Translations under genes and position numbers: made by a program
Assembly (NCBI GenBank): GCA_024637275.1
Contig: JAGXFS010000063.1
Location: forward strand, 1-57,557
Origin: Acidimicrobiia bacterium
Lineage (GTDB): Bacteria > Actinomycetota > Acidimicrobiia > Spongiisociales > JAENVV01
Length of the DNA: 57,557 nt
Reading direction: 5' to 3'
The notes under the pieces: generated by a model
What the model saw: only the letters and a program-made list of their open reading frames with translations
Databases searched by the model: none
Told to the model about the DNA's origin: nothing
Part shown: positions 42,994 to 53,272 of the stretch, in pieces
Layout of the letters: the number at the start of each line of letters is the position of its first letter
Numbering within the stretch: position 1 is the stretch's first letter

Positions 42994-43362
42994 ATGAAAC
43001 GACTCGTTATCTTGCTGGCCATTGTGGCCAGCGCCTGTGGGGGGACCGAGACTTCACCGATTGTCTCGCTGGGCGTCGAAGACTTGCTCGTCGCCGGCGA
43101 GGAATCGTACGTCCGGTTCTGCGCAGCGTGCCACGGGCCAGACCTGCGTGGGACCACGCTAGGGCCATCGTTTCTGTCGATTATCTACGAACCGAACCAT
43201 CACGCCGACTTTGCATTCGCCAGTGCCGCCAAGAACGGCGTGCCCGCCCACCATTGGACCTTCGGGGACATGCCGGCGATACCCGGGATTTCTGATGACG
43301 AGATCGCAGCAGTAACCGCCTATGTGCGGAGCGTTCAAGAGGCCGAGGGCTTCGACGAGTGA
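42994..43362 (+). CDS. c-type cytochrome lipoprotein
   Basis: The lipobox is LAIVASAC. A single heme-binding motif CAACH is present, with a distal Met region (FGDMPA). Confidence 0.82.
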   Translation: MKRLVILLAIVASACGGTETSPIVSLGVEDLLVAGEESYVRFCAACHGPDLRGTTLGPSFLSIIYEPNHHADFAFASAAKNGVPAHHWTFGDMPAIPGISDDEIAAVTAYVRSVQEAEGFDE

Positions 43363-43411
43363 CCGCGACCTCGGATGATTCATTCGTGCGGGCACCTGAG
43401 GCATCGTCAGC

Positions 43412-43804
43412 ATGATCTCCCTAGATCCTGAGATCGCGGCCTGGTTATACGCCGGGCTGGCGAGTCTGGCCGTTCTATTTCAACTCGCCTTGGCCTTCGG
43501 CGCTCCTTGGGGAGCGGTCGCGATGGGCGGCCGATATCCGGGTTCGTTTCCCCACCACATGCGTGGCGCCGCCGTCGTACAAGCGGTGGTCATCGGAGCG
43601 ATGGCTGGCGTCGTTCTGGTTCGAGCCGGGTTGGTGATATCGCCCTGGTTCGACCTTACGACAACTCTGGTGTGGGTGGTCGTTGCATTCGCCGTTCTAA
43701 GTGTGGTGCTCAACCTCACGACACCGAGCAAGTGGGAACGTCGAGTGTGGGGACCGGTCACCGTGCTGATGCTGATCAGCAGTATCGCGGTGGCGACCGC
43801 CTAA
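43412..43804 (+). CDS. hypothetical membrane protein
   Basis: 130-aa ORF with four hydrophobic helices. No family recognised. Confidence 0.5.
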   Translation: MISLDPEIAAWLYAGLASLAVLFQLALAFGAPWGAVAMGGRYPGSFPHHMRGAAVVQAVVIGAMAGVVLVRAGLVISPWFDLTTTLVWVVVAFAVLSVVLNLTTPSKWERRVWGPVTVLMLISSIAVATA

Positions 43805-43852
43805 ACGAGTGTGCATCCGCCCTCGAGATACCGCACCGTAAGCACACTCGTT
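43804..43852. repeat. 11-bp inverted repeat between convergent genes (possible terminator structure)
   Basis: AACGAGTGTGC-27 nt-GCACACTCGTT. Confidence 0.3.
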
Positions 43853-43890
43853 GTGTAGCGGTGGTGATCGCCGAGGTCGCTACCGGGCGA

Positions 43891-45306
43891 CTAGGGCGCT
43901 GGGTGCCGGGTGAGGTCGGCAAACAGCGTGTACTCAGGGAGAAAATTCATCTCTATTCGTCCAGTCGCGCCGGCACGGTGCTTGGCGACGATGACCTCGG
44001 CCAGTCCCTTGCTCTCGATCGCCTCAGGGTTGTAGTACTCATCGCGGTAAATGAACATCACGATGTCAGCGTCCTGCTCGATCGCGCCTGACTCACGGAG
44101 GTCGCCGAGGCGGGGGCGCTTGTCCTCACGAGCTTCTAGCCCACGGTTGAGCTGAGAGACGGCCAACACGGGGCATTCCAGCTCGCGCGCCAGGTTCTTG
44201 AGGTTACGGCTGATCTCGGCGATCTCTTGCTGGCGGTTCTCACGATTACGACCCTGCATGAGCTGGAGGTAGTCGAGCACCACCAGATCCAGTCGCCCTT
44301 TCTGACGCTTGAGCCGGCGACATTTGGCTCGCACGTCCGTAACGGTCGTGTACGAACTGTCATCCACAAAGATGGGCGCCGGATAGAGGCGACTCGCCGC
44401 GTTCGTGACCTTCTGCCACATCTCAACAGACAGCTGACCGGCTCGTAGCTTCATGGAATCGACCCGGCCCATTGAGCAGAGGATTCTTTGGATGATCTCG
44501 TCCTTGCCCATCTCCAAGGAGAACATGGCAACGACCCCGCCGTTGACGGCCACGTTGGTAGCAATGTTCAGCGCGATCGCACTCTTACCCATGGCGGGTC
44601 GAGCGGCAATGACGATCAGATTGGCAGGTTGGAAGCCGGCCAACATGCCGTCGAGGTCTCGGAAACCGGTCGAGAGACCGGTGATCTGGCCGGCGTTGGC
44701 TTCGAGGGCCTCGATCTGCTCGAGGGCTGGCTTGAGCATCGTGGACAGCTCGAGCAGCCCGTCGCCGACCCGACGTTCGGCAACACCCAGCACCGTTTGT
44801 TCGGCGTTATCGATGACGTAGTCGAGTTCCTCATCCGTTTGGTGGGCAAGGTTGGTGATCTCGCCACCCGCTCGAATCAGGCTCCTCCGCAGGGCACTGT
44901 CCTCGACGATATCGGCGTAATAGTCGACCCGCGATGCCACCGGGACCGCGTTCTGCAGTCGAGCAATAAAGGCCGGGCCGCCAATCTTGTCCAGTTCGTC
45001 TTTGCGGCGAAGCTGATCGGTAACGGTGACGGCATCGATCGGCTGGCTCGTGTTGTACAACTCGACCATGGCCTCGTAGATGGCCTGGTAGGCAGGAACA
45101 TAGAAGTCGTACGGCGACAGACGGTCGATGACCGTATTGGCCGCGTCCGACGAGAGCAACATGGCACCGAGTACCGACTCTTCGGCATCGGCATTGTGAG
45201 GTGGGACTCGGACGCCGCCGGGGCGTGCTCCGCCGCGCGGTTGAAAATCCGGCGCCGGCGGCGCGTACGAGTCATCGGGTGGCTCGTGTGCGCCGCCGTC
45301 CGCCAT
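43891..45306 (-). CDS. dnaB: replicative DNA helicase
   Basis: 471 aa. The N-terminal domain (PPHNADAEESVLGAMLL), Walker A (ARPAMGKSA), Walker B (LVVLDYLQLM) and SQLNR are present. There is no intein insertion. Confidence 0.95.
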   Translation of the reverse strand: MADGGAHEPPDDSYAPPAPDFQPRGGARPGGVRVPPHNADAEESVLGAMLLSSDAANTVIDRLSPYDFYVPAYQAIYEAMVELYNTSQPIDAVTVTDQLRRKDELDKIGGPAFIARLQNAVPVASRVDYYADIVEDSALRRSLIRAGGEITNLAHQTDEELDYVIDNAEQTVLGVAERRVGDGLLELSTMLKPALEQIEALEANAGQITGLSTGFRDLDGMLAGFQPANLIVIAARPAMGKSAIALNIATNVAVNGGVVAMFSLEMGKDEIIQRILCSMGRVDSMKLRAGQLSVEMWQKVTNAASRLYPAPIFVDDSSYTTVTDVRAKCRRLKRQKGRLDLVVLDYLQLMQGRNRENRQQEIAEISRNLKNLARELECPVLAVSQLNRGLEAREDKRPRLGDLRESGAIEQDADIVMFIYRDEYYNPEAIESKGLAEVIVAKHRAGATGRIEMNFLPEYTLFADLTRHPAP

Positions 45307-45312
45307 TACGGC

Positions 45313-45759
45313 CTACGCCGGGATAACGTCGAGGATCAACACAAACTGCACGTCCTTGTGCAGTTTGATTGGCACTTCATGGAGTCCGATGCTCTTGATC
45401 GGTTTGTCGAGGCTGATCGCATGACGATCCAGTGCCACGCCGGAGAACTTCTGCACGCCTTCAACGATGTCGCTGACACCGATCGAACCAAACAACTTGC
45501 CTTCGTCGCCAGCCTGGGCACCGATCACAATGCGGGTTCCGACCAACGATGAAGCAATCGCTTCGGCTTCTTGATGGGCCTTGCGAGACGATTCGTCGCG
45601 GGCTTCTTTCAAAGCCGTTGCGTGCTTGAGCGCTCCGCCGGTCGCCTTGATGGCAACGTGGCGCGGAAGCAAGTAGTTGCGCGCATATCCGTCGGCGACG
45701 TCGACGATATCGCCTTCGACTCCGAGACCATCTACTTCTGCTGTCAGTATCAGCTTCAT
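45313..45759 (-). CDS. rplI: 50S ribosomal protein L9
   Basis: [33 protein letters not shown] is the canonical bL9 N-terminus. Confidence 0.95.
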   Translation of the reverse strand: MKLILTAEVDGLGVEGDIVDVADGYARNYLLPRHVAIKATGGALKHATALKEARDESSRKAHQEAEAIASSLVGTRIVIGAQAGDEGKLFGSIGVSDIVEGVQKFSGVALDRHAISLDKPIKSIGLHEVPIKLHKDVQFVLILDVIPA

Positions 45760-46013
45760 TAGCGGTTGATGTACGGAAGTAGGGCCATCTCACGAGCGTT
45801 CTTGATGGCCATGGCCACCTCACGCTGGTGTCGGGCGCAGTTCCCGGTCACGCGGCGAGCGCGGATCTTGGAACGGTCGGATACGTAACGACGCAGCACC
45901 GAGACTTCTTTGTAGTCAATGGTGGCTCGCTTGTCCGTGCAGAACGCACAGACCTTTTTCTTCATTTTTCGGCCGGAATCATTCCGACGCTTTTTTCGTG
46001 GCTGCTGAGCCAT
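45759..46013 (-). CDS. rpsR: 30S ribosomal protein S18
   Basis: CAFCTDK...IDYK....[42 protein letters not shown]. Confidence 0.95.
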   Translation of the reverse strand: MAQQPRKKRRNDSGRKMKKKVCAFCTDKRATIDYKEVSVLRRYVSDRSKIRARRVTGNCARHQREVAMAIKNAREMALLPYINR

Positions 46014-46037
46014 GTGTGTCTCCTAAATTCTTGAGCG

Positions 46038-46490
46038 CTAGAACGGCGCTTCGTCTGGTCCGAAATCTTCTCGGGCTACCGGAGCGGCTGGAAGGCCTCC
46101 GGCATCCGATCCTCCGCCAAAGTCGCCGCCGCCCGTTCTGGCTGCTTTGGTGACCGAGGCCGATGCCCAGCGAAGGCTGGGGCCGATTTCGTCAATGCGG
46201 AGCTCAACAACTGACCGCTTGTCGCCCTCGGGCGTTTCCCAGCTGCGCTGCTCGAGGCTACCGGTCACGATGACCCGGGTCCCCTTGGTGAGTGACTCCG
46301 AGGCGTGCTCGGCGGCTTCGCGCCACAGGGTTCCGCCGAAGTACGACGTTTCTTCTTGCCATTCGTTCTGCTGGTCGCGCCAGCGGCGATTCACGGCGAT
46401 ACGAATCTTGGCCATGGCGATTCCCGACTGCGTGAAGCGCAGTTCGGGGTCTTCAACCAGGTTGCCGATAACTGTTACGGTGTTCGTCAT
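46038..46490 (-). CDS. ssb: single-stranded DNA-binding protein
   Basis: The start is placed at ATG 46490 (MTNTVTVIGNLVEDPELRFT). It has an OB fold, a Gly-rich tail and an acidic tip (DFGPDEAPF). Confidence 0.93.
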   Translation of the reverse strand: MTNTVTVIGNLVEDPELRFTQSGIAMAKIRIAVNRRWRDQQNEWQEETSYFGGTLWREAAEHASESLTKGTRVIVTGSLEQRSWETPEGDKRSVVELRIDEIGPSLRWASASVTKAARTGGGDFGGGSDAGGLPAAPVAREDFGPDEAPF

Positions 46491-46567
46491 TGATCCCTCT
46501 CCTGGGTCGTCTCGTTCGTCACATCCCGCCGTTACTTGAAGTATCCGGGTCGGATGTGACAAAAAGG

Positions 46568-46858
46568 TCAGTCTTCTAGTCGGATGACCTTGTGCCGGAT
46601 GACCGCGTCAGATAGGCGAAGGGCCCGGTCGAGTTCATCGATCGCCACCGTGTTGTCGGTTTTGAACGTCACCAGCGAGTAATAGCCCTCGTTCATGTGA
46701 TTGATCTCGTAGGCAAAGCGACGCTTGCCCCAAAAGTCCTGTTCAGATACCTCAGCGCCTCGAGCTTCGAGCAAGGCTGCGATCTCTTTGACCTTGCCTT
46801 GCGCGTCGGGCTCTTGGAGGTCAGGACGATGAATCGTCATGACTTCATAGTTATTCAA
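46568..46858 (-). CDS. rpsF: 30S ribosomal protein S6
   Basis: TTG start, 6 nt after AGGAGG. NNYEVMTIHRPDL aligns to the bS6 N-terminus (RHYEIVFMVHPD). Confidence 0.92.
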   Translation of the reverse strand: MNNYEVMTIHRPDLQEPDAQGKVKEIAALLEARGAEVSEQDFWGKRRFAYEINHMNEGYYSLVTFKTDNTVAIDELDRALRLSDAVIRHKVIRLED

Positions 46859-47063
46859 TATCTACCTCCTATGGACATTCGCTCTAGCGAATGGCTCCAC
46901 CACGTTGATGGAGCAGGATGTACACCGTGATCGGTGCGAGGGCACCCGGATGGGTGCCGGTCTGTGAGTGTAAACGAGCAGGCTGCCGCGAGCTAACTGA
47001 GATCCTGGTCAGTTTTCGCGCGACGTCCCACCAGGTGCGTCCTCCCCGTGTAGCGTGAAGCTC

Positions 47064-47414
47064 ATGAGCGGCAAGAAGAAACCTAATGACGGCGACCGCG
47101 GCTGGAACTGGGCCTACCTCATCCCCATCATGGCTCTGATGATTCCGATTGTGGCGATAACCGGGTTGAACCTGACCGAGGTGCTTACGAGCGTGATGGC
47201 TGCCGTGGTAGCCGCTATCGCGGCGGGAACCGTCGCCGGCCGCTACTTACTCGGGTACCGACATGAATTGCGTATGACCGAGCTTGAGGCTCAACGCGAA
47301 CTGACCGCGTTGGAATCGCGCCAACTCACGGAAGCCCAGCGTCTGCTCGATCTCGACGACCGCCTCGACGAGCTACGGCCGTCCCCCGAGACCAATCCAC
47401 CAGCTGGGGTGTAG
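47064..47414 (+). CDS. hypothetical membrane protein with a C-terminal coiled-coil segment
   Basis: Two TM helices are followed by ELRMTELEAQRELTALESRQLTEAQRLLDLDDRLDEL. The start could be ATG 47064 or GTG 47055. Confidence 0.5.
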   Translation: MSGKKKPNDGDRGWNWAYLIPIMALMIPIVAITGLNLTEVLTSVMAAVVAAIAAGTVAGRYLLGYRHELRMTELEAQRELTALESRQLTEAQRLLDLDDRLDELRPSPETNPPAGV

Positions 47415-47423
47415 CCGGTCGGC

Positions 47424-48611
47424 ATGAGCAGGTTTACCGATCACCTCGCTGAAGAATTGGCCGCGGTGCAAGCCGACGGCCTTGAGAAGCACGAGCGACT
47501 CATCACGTCCCCGCAAGGAGCCAAGGTCACCCTCAGCAGTGGCCAGGAGGTCATCAATCTCTGCGCCAACAACTACCTGGGCTTGGCCAACGACCCGAGC
47601 TTGATCGAAGCCGCTCATGATGCCCTCGATGCGTACGGGTACGGCATGGCGTCGGTCCGCTTCATTTGCGGGACGCAGGACATTCACACGGCACTCGAAT
47701 CGCGTCTTTCGGCATTCCTCAAAACCGACGACACGATCTTGTACTCATCGTGCTTCGACGCCAACACCGGTTTGTTCGAAACGCTGCTTGGCGAAGAGGA
47801 TGCCATCATCTCGGATACGCTCAACCACGCCTCGATCATCGACGGCGTCCGGCTGTGCAAGGCCAAACGGTTTCGGTACGCCAACAACGACCTGGCCGAC
47901 CTAGAAGCCCAATTGAAGGCCGCCGGGGACGCCCGATTCCGGATGATTGCCACCGATGGGGTCTTCTCAATGGATGGCATCATTGCCAACCTTCCGGGTA
48001 TCTGTGACCTCGCCGAAGCGTACGACGCCATGGTATTCGTGGACGACTCACATGCGGTGGGATTTGTTGGCGACCACGGCGGCGGAACCCCTGATTACTG
48101 GGGGGTGGAGGACCGGGTTGCGATCCGAACCGGTACCCTCGGGAAGGCGCTTGGTGGCGCCTCCGGCGGCTACACGAGCGGTCCACAAGCGGTCATCTCG
48201 TGGCTCCGACAGCGTTCTCGTCCCTACCTCTTCTCGAATTCACTGGCCCCGACCATCGTGGCGACTTCAATGAGGGCCCTCGACCTGATCGAGAACGGGG
48301 CAGCCTTGCGCGATCGCCTCACCGACAATGGCGCCTATTTTCGGTCCGCCATGGGAGATGCCGGCTTCCGTCTCGCCGGGGCAGATCATCCGATCATTCC
48401 CGTGATGCTCGGCGATGCAAAGCTGGCCGGTGAAATGGCCGACCGGATGCTGGACCTCGGCGTCTATGTAACCGCGTTTTCCTTCCCGGTCGTACCAAGG
48501 GGCGAAGCGAGAATCCGCACCCAGATGTCAGCTGCGCACACGAAGGATCACCTCGACCAGGCTATCGGGGCGTTCGTGCAGGTCGGCAAGGACCTGGAGC
48601 TGATTCCGTGA
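47424..48611 (+). CDS. kbl: glycine C-acetyltransferase (2-amino-3-ketobutyrate CoA ligase)
   Basis: 395 aa. It belongs to the alpha-oxoamine synthase family (NNYLGL, DDSHAVG, the PLP-Lys region TLGKALGG). It is coupled to tdh. Confidence 0.92.
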   Translation: MSRFTDHLAEELAAVQADGLEKHERLITSPQGAKVTLSSGQEVINLCANNYLGLANDPSLIEAAHDALDAYGYGMASVRFICGTQDIHTALESRLSAFLKTDDTILYSSCFDANTGLFETLLGEEDAIISDTLNHASIIDGVRLCKAKRFRYANNDLADLEAQLKAAGDARFRMIATDGVFSMDGIIANLPGICDLAEAYDAMVFVDDSHAVGFVGDHGGGTPDYWGVEDRVAIRTGTLGKALGGASGGYTSGPQAVISWLRQRSRPYLFSNSLAPTIVATSMRALDLIENGAALRDRLTDNGAYFRSAMGDAGFRLAGADHPIIPVMLGDAKLAGEMADRMLDLGVYVTAFSFPVVPRGEARIRTQMSAAHTKDHLDQAIGAFVQVGKDLELIP

Positions 48612-49633
48612 AGGCGATCATCAAACCGGGTGCCGGCCCCGGGCTTGAACTCACCGATGTCCCTACACCCGCATATGGCCCGAATGATGTGCTCATCGAA
48701 ATCCAGCAGGCCTCGATCTGCGGGACCGACCTACACATCGAAAGCTGGGACGAATGGGCGGCTTCCACGATCCCGGTGGGTATGGTCGTTGGACATGAAT
48801 ATATGGGAGCCGTGGCCGCGGTCGGATCCGAGGTCACGGGCATCTCAGTCGGGCAGCGTGTGTCTGGCGAAGGCCACATCACCTGCGGTACGTGTCGTAA
48901 TTGTCGCGCCGGTCAACGCCACCATTGCCGGAACACCATCGGGGTCGGCGTCAACCGGGCCGGGGCGTTCGCCGAGTTCCTGACCATCCCGGCCGTCAAC
49001 GTATTCCCGATCCCCGACGACATCGGCGATGACGTCGCAACGATCCTCGACCCGCTCGGGAACGCCACCCACACTGCTCTCAGGTTCGCCCTGGTCGGGG
49101 AGGACGTTCTGATAACTGGTGCCGGCCCCATCGGCCTGATGGCCGGGGCCATTGCCAACCGGGTCGGAGCCCGTCACGTGGTGATCACGGACGTCAACGA
49201 CTACCGACTCAAGTTGGCGAGCGAGTTAGGCATCGCCAGGACTGTTCGAGCTGACCAGGAGACCCTCGAAGACGTCATGGCCGATATGGGGATGATCGAG
49301 GGGTTCGATGTCGGCATGGAGATGTCCGGCAACCCGCTGGCCCTCAATGACATGCTCCACGTGATGAACCACGGCGGCAGAGTCGCCTTGCTCGGCATAC
49401 CTCCCTCGGAAGCGCCAATCGACTGGAACGACATCATCTTCAAAGGACTCACCATGCAGGGCATCTACGGTCGACGCATGTTCGAGACGTGGTACCAGAT
49501 GACCGCCTTGCTGCAGGGTGGTCTCGACGTCAGCCCGGTTGTCACCCACCACTTCCCCTTCGAAGAGTGGGGGGCGGCGTTCGCCACGGCCAGGTCTGCG
49601 GAAGCCGGCAAGGTCATCCTGACCGGTTGGTGA
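48608..49633 (+). CDS. tdh: L-threonine 3-dehydrogenase
   Basis: GTGA overlap with kbl. It is a Zn-ADH: GHEYMG, the structural Zn cluster [15 protein letters not shown], and GAGPIGLMA. Confidence 0.92.
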   Translation: MKAIIKPGAGPGLELTDVPTPAYGPNDVLIEIQQASICGTDLHIESWDEWAASTIPVGMVVGHEYMGAVAAVGSEVTGISVGQRVSGEGHITCGTCRNCRAGQRHHCRNTIGVGVNRAGAFAEFLTIPAVNVFPIPDDIGDDVATILDPLGNATHTALRFALVGEDVLITGAGPIGLMAGAIANRVGARHVVITDVNDYRLKLASELGIARTVRADQETLEDVMADMGMIEGFDVGMEMSGNPLALNDMLHVMNHGGRVALLGIPPSEAPIDWNDIIFKGLTMQGIYGRRMFETWYQMTALLQGGLDVSPVVTHHFPFEEWGAAFATARSAEAGKVILTGW

Positions 49634-49692
49634 CGCCAGCACAGGGACGGTTGATCACTTAAGAGCCACCCAGCATCGGCCGATACTGAGGC

Positions 49693-51150
49693 ATGAACCC
49701 TGGAGTGTCGCCCGGCGCTCCCACGCCTCGACCGTCTCGCTCCTGGATCGTCCTGGTACTCCTATTGGCGACTTTCTCCGTGGCGTCCGTTGTCGCAGCC
49801 GTGGCCATCAACAACGAAGCGCAGCGCCCAATCGGTGAGGGTGAGCTGTTTCTTTTGGACGGCCAGACTGTCGCCGCGGCGTTGAACGGGACCACCGTCG
49901 AGACGAACGATCTCCGCCGGCTACGCAACGATCTCACCATCGAGGCCGTGAGCCTGGTGGGATCAGACGGGATCATTATCGCGTCAACGGCACCCACCTT
50001 GGAAGGATCGGTACCGTCAAGCCCCCTCATGGTGGGTTTCTCCAGTGGGGGCCGATTCGGAGCGATTGCGGTACCAGCCACCGAGCCCATCACCGTCGAC
50101 GGTGTTGTCGAGTGGGAACCGGGCGACATCGTGTACGAGGTCATCCAACCTCTGGACAATGGTCAAGCGGCGCTACTCACCTACGACATCTCCGAACTCT
50201 TGGCCCGCCGCAGCGCGATTGGCGGCGTCCCGGTTTTGTCCCTCCAGCTCACCGGGCTAGCCGTATTTCTACTCTTGGGTTCCATCCTCCTCTTCGTTGC
50301 ACGTGGTCGGGCCGCCCGCACGTACCGCGAGTTCGCCCTACAAGCCGAGTACCTTCATCGCGAGTCGGAGGTCCTCACGGCTCACAATCATGAACTCGAT
50401 GCCGCTCGACGCCGCGCCGAACATGCGTACGAGTTGGCCGAAGAGAAAAATCGGATTCGGTCTGAGTTCGTTCTGATGATCAATCACGAATTGCGAACTC
50501 CGCTGACCGGAGTCGTGACCGGTGCCGAACTGCTGCGCTCCGAAGGCGCTGTCTCGGATGGCGTCTGGCTTGAGATCCTCGACAACGTGCTCGCTGATGG
50601 GCGGCGACTGTCCGAAATGATCGACCAAATCCTGGCGGTGGCCCGCATCGAGAACGGGGCCCTCTTCTTCGAACTCCACGAAACGACGACGGACGAGATC
50701 GTCGATCGACTCAAGCGTTCCAGACCCAGGTTCAAGATCGAGGCGGAAAACGATCCCGATCAGATCACCCTGCAAACCGATCCGACCAGCGTCGTCAACC
50801 TCATCCGGTCGCTGGCTAACAATGCCTACACCCATGGCGCCACCCACGTCACGGTTCGTACGGGTCGCCACCTGCCTTTCGAACCGCTACTGGAAGTGGG
50901 CGAGCGACCAACCGACGCCGTCTACTTCCTCGTCGAGGACGACGGTCCGGGAATCGACGAGGAGTTCTTGCCCCGCGCCTTCGAGAAGTTCGAAAAGCAG
51001 AGTCGCAGTTCGGGTACCGGCCTCGGCCTATACATAGCCCGAATGATGGCGGACGCTCTCGACGGGTCCCTTATCGTTTCGACGTCCCCTGCCGGAACGA
51101 TCCTGGCCATCGCGCTCCCGGCGGCCCGAACCAGGGTGGCGGCCACATGA
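49693..51150 (+). CDS. sensor histidine kinase (no adjacent response regulator)
   Basis: The domain order is TM helix, about 150-aa extracytoplasmic domain, second TM helix, coiled coil, H-box (MINHELRTPLTG), then HATPase (NNAYTHG, DDGPGI, GTGLGLYI). Confidence 0.85.
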   Translation: MNPGVSPGAPTPRPSRSWIVLVLLLATFSVASVVAAVAINNEAQRPIGEGELFLLDGQTVAAALNGTTVETNDLRRLRNDLTIEAVSLVGSDGIIIASTAPTLEGSVPSSPLMVGFSSGGRFGAIAVPATEPITVDGVVEWEPGDIVYEVIQPLDNGQAALLTYDISELLARRSAIGGVPVLSLQLTGLAVFLLLGSILLFVARGRAARTYREFALQAEYLHRESEVLTAHNHELDAARRRAEHAYELAEEKNRIRSEFVLMINHELRTPLTGVVTGAELLRSEGAVSDGVWLEILDNVLADGRRLSEMIDQILAVARIENGALFFELHETTTDEIVDRLKRSRPRFKIEAENDPDQITLQTDPTSVVNLIRSLANNAYTHGATHVTVRTGRHLPFEPLLEVGERPTDAVYFLVEDDGPGIDEEFLPRAFEKFEKQSRSSGTGLGLYIARMMADALDGSLIVSTSPAGTILAIALPAARTRVAAT

Positions 51151-51521
51151 GGAAGGCACTCGTCACTTTCATGATTCTGACAGCTTCGTGCGGCGCCCCG
51201 GCTTCGGCAGAAACCGGGCCGGCTGTCGACCTGCGCGAGTTTTCGATCAGTGCCGAAGGTCCATTCGAGTCAGGGGTCAACCAGATCTCCGTCACGAACG
51301 CCGGGGAGTTCGGTCACACCCTGGTGATAGCCGACAGGTCCGGTGTGGTGGTTGACGCCACCCCGCTGATCGCCGGAGGCGAGACTCTGCTCTTCGTTGT
51401 TTACCTCGAGCCTGGTACCTACGAGTTCAGCTGTCGTATCGTCGTTCAGGTAGACGATGGGACCCTTGTCGACCACTATCACGAAGGTATGACGACCACA
51501 GTGAAGGTCGGTAACGCTTAG
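51147..51521 (+). CDS. cupredoxin-like lipoprotein
   Basis: ATGA overlap with the kinase gene. The lipobox is LTASCG. Candidate type-1 copper ligands are His (GHTL), Cys (YEFSC), and His and Met (DHYHEGM). Confidence 0.6.
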   Translation: MRKALVTFMILTASCGAPASAETGPAVDLREFSISAEGPFESGVNQISVTNAGEFGHTLVIADRSGVVVDATPLIAGGETLLFVVYLEPGTYEFSCRIVVQVDDGTLVDHYHEGMTTTVKVGNA

Positions 51522-52615
51522 GGCCTAATCGGATTGGTCGTCACGTCGATCGAGCAGCCACCATCGGCGTAGAGAATCGTGAAGTCTACGTCTAGCCCTT
51601 CTTGGGCCACATACTGTTCTGAACACTCCGTCCCGATTCGTTCCAGCTCGTCACAGAAGTCGGCTTCGCACTCTTCTTCGCAGCCGTCGCAAATGGCGAT
51701 GTAGCCAGTGATGGTGACCGTGTCGCCAGTGAACGACTGGTACCAGGTTGGGTCATCTGACCAGTTCGCAGCTTCGACGAGCAATGCCCCGGCATTGGAG
51801 CCACTCCAACCGAACACATTCGCCGTCCCTGGGGGCGGGGCTTCTCCCGAGAGATGCACGCTGAGTTCACTGGCCCGGATAGGGATCGGCCACTCCTTCT
51901 CTGTTGCAGGACTGGTCGAGTCATCCACAAGGATTCGATCACCCAGTGGGCCAGTCAACGACACGACGACCGGAAAGGCCGGGTTGCCCGGACAGTCGGC
52001 AATACCTGCAACCGGTTCAATCAGCACCAGGATGTGAACCCGGTCGCCGGTTTCCATGACTGAGGTCCGGACCTCGCGGCCTTCGGGCGGCTCACCGTTG
52101 GCACAGTTTCGTTCGGTAGCCAGCACGGTCACGTGACGAGCGGCGGAATCGTGTGGGTTGGCCGGATCCAGTTCGAAGGTGGCCGTGCCGTAGCCTTCAA
52201 CTACTGGTTCGATCCGGCACTCGCCCCACCCGGTCGCTCGCCACTCGCCGTCAACCATCTCAAAAGCTACGTCTCCGTATCTTTCTTCTTCTTTGTCGAC
52301 GCCAAGAAGCACCAGCGTGGTTTCGGTTTCAGAGGCGATCCGCCAGCCCAACGAATCCCACCACTCACTCGAGGCTTCGAACTCTTCAAGCGCCTCCTCT
52401 TGCATCATCGAGGCGATGTTCCCGTCGAAACGTCGGAAGGCAGAGACTTGGTCCGGTTCGTCGAGGTCGACCTGGCCGCACCGGTAGGCAACATCGATCG
52501 GCGGCACAGAGCTAGTAGTCGGCGAACCCGCCACGTCGATCGGCACAGGAGCGTCGGCGATCGGTTCAGCGCACGCGCTGACAGCCAGCACGATCGCTAT
52601 GAGTACGAGGCGCAC
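51518..52615 (-). CDS. hypothetical lipoprotein with a Cys-rich C-terminal region
   Basis: The lipobox is LAVSAC. The 365-aa product has a C-terminal CDGCEEECEADFC...C...C pattern. No family recognised. Confidence 0.55.
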   Translation of the reverse strand: MRLVLIAIVLAVSACAEPIADAPVPIDVAGSPTTSSVPPIDVAYRCGQVDLDEPDQVSAFRRFDGNIASMMQEEALEEFEASSEWWDSLGWRIASETETTLVLLGVDKEEERYGDVAFEMVDGEWRATGWGECRIEPVVEGYGTATFELDPANPHDSAARHVTVLATERNCANGEPPEGREVRTSVMETGDRVHILVLIEPVAGIADCPGNPAFPVVVSLTGPLGDRILVDDSTSPATEKEWPIPIRASELSVHLSGEAPPPGTANVFGWSGSNAGALLVEAANWSDDPTWYQSFTGDTVTITGYIAICDGCEEECEADFCDELERIGTECSEQYVAQEGLDVDFTILYADGGCSIDVTTNPIRP

Positions 52616-52678
52616 AGGCGCTCCTCCTCCGTCGGGTACGCGTTTGACGTATGGCCCGGCCCGTCGGGTTCCCGCCCG

Positions 52679-53263
52679 TCACTGGGTCCGGATTCCGGCC
52701 TTTTTCATTTCCTCGACCGCGTCGGTGCCGTGATGGGGCTCAAGATTAACGGGCGCGGTGAGATGTACCGGAGCCGCAGTGGGCCAGTCCTCGCCAGCGG
52801 CGTCAAGGGCCGTCGCCTTCACGCAGTAATCGAGCGCTAACCCGATGACGACCACCGATCTGATCCCATGCCGCCGCAACAAGGCAGTTAACTCGGTGGG
52901 AATGGTCTCACCGGTCGTCGGGTCGCGCATCGTGAAGCCGGAGTAGCCGTCTTCGCCGTTGACACCCTTACGAACTGTCGGCCCGGCCACGATCAATTGG
53001 GGATGGAACTCCGCCCCCCAGGTGTCGGCGACGCAATGCACCGGCCAAACACCCCCGTCTTTGGCGAAGTGGGGGGTGGACTCGGGGTGCCAATCCTGGG
53101 TGTAGACCACAAAGGCGCTGGCCGCCGCGGCGTGAATAATCTCCGCGTTGATAAGTCCCACCAGGGCGTCGCCGCCTGCCACAAACAGGCTGCCGACCGG
53201 ATCGGCGAAATCGTTTTGCATGTCTACGACGATCAGAGCGGTGTGCTGGCCATAGGTGGTCAT
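52679..53263 (-). CDS. pncA: nicotinamidase/pyrazinamidase (isochorismatase family)
   Basis: ALIVVDMQNDFADP, YTQDWHP, RKG and LDYCV supply the catalytic Asp/Lys/Cys triad and the metal-binding site. Confidence 0.88.
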   Translation of the reverse strand: MTTYGQHTALIVVDMQNDFADPVGSLFVAGGDALVGLINAEIIHAAAASAFVVYTQDWHPESTPHFAKDGGVWPVHCVADTWGAEFHPQLIVAGPTVRKGVNGEDGYSGFTMRDPTTGETIPTELTALLRRHGIRSVVVIGLALDYCVKATALDAAGEDWPTAAPVHLTAPVNLEPHHGTDAVEEMKKAGIRTQ

Positions 53264-53272
53264 AGCCCGATC

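Noticed and set aside
43891-45306. Checked dnaB for an intein or mobile insertion, which is common in actinobacterial DnaB.
   Set aside because: The protein has standard length (471 aa), and its helicase motifs are contiguous.
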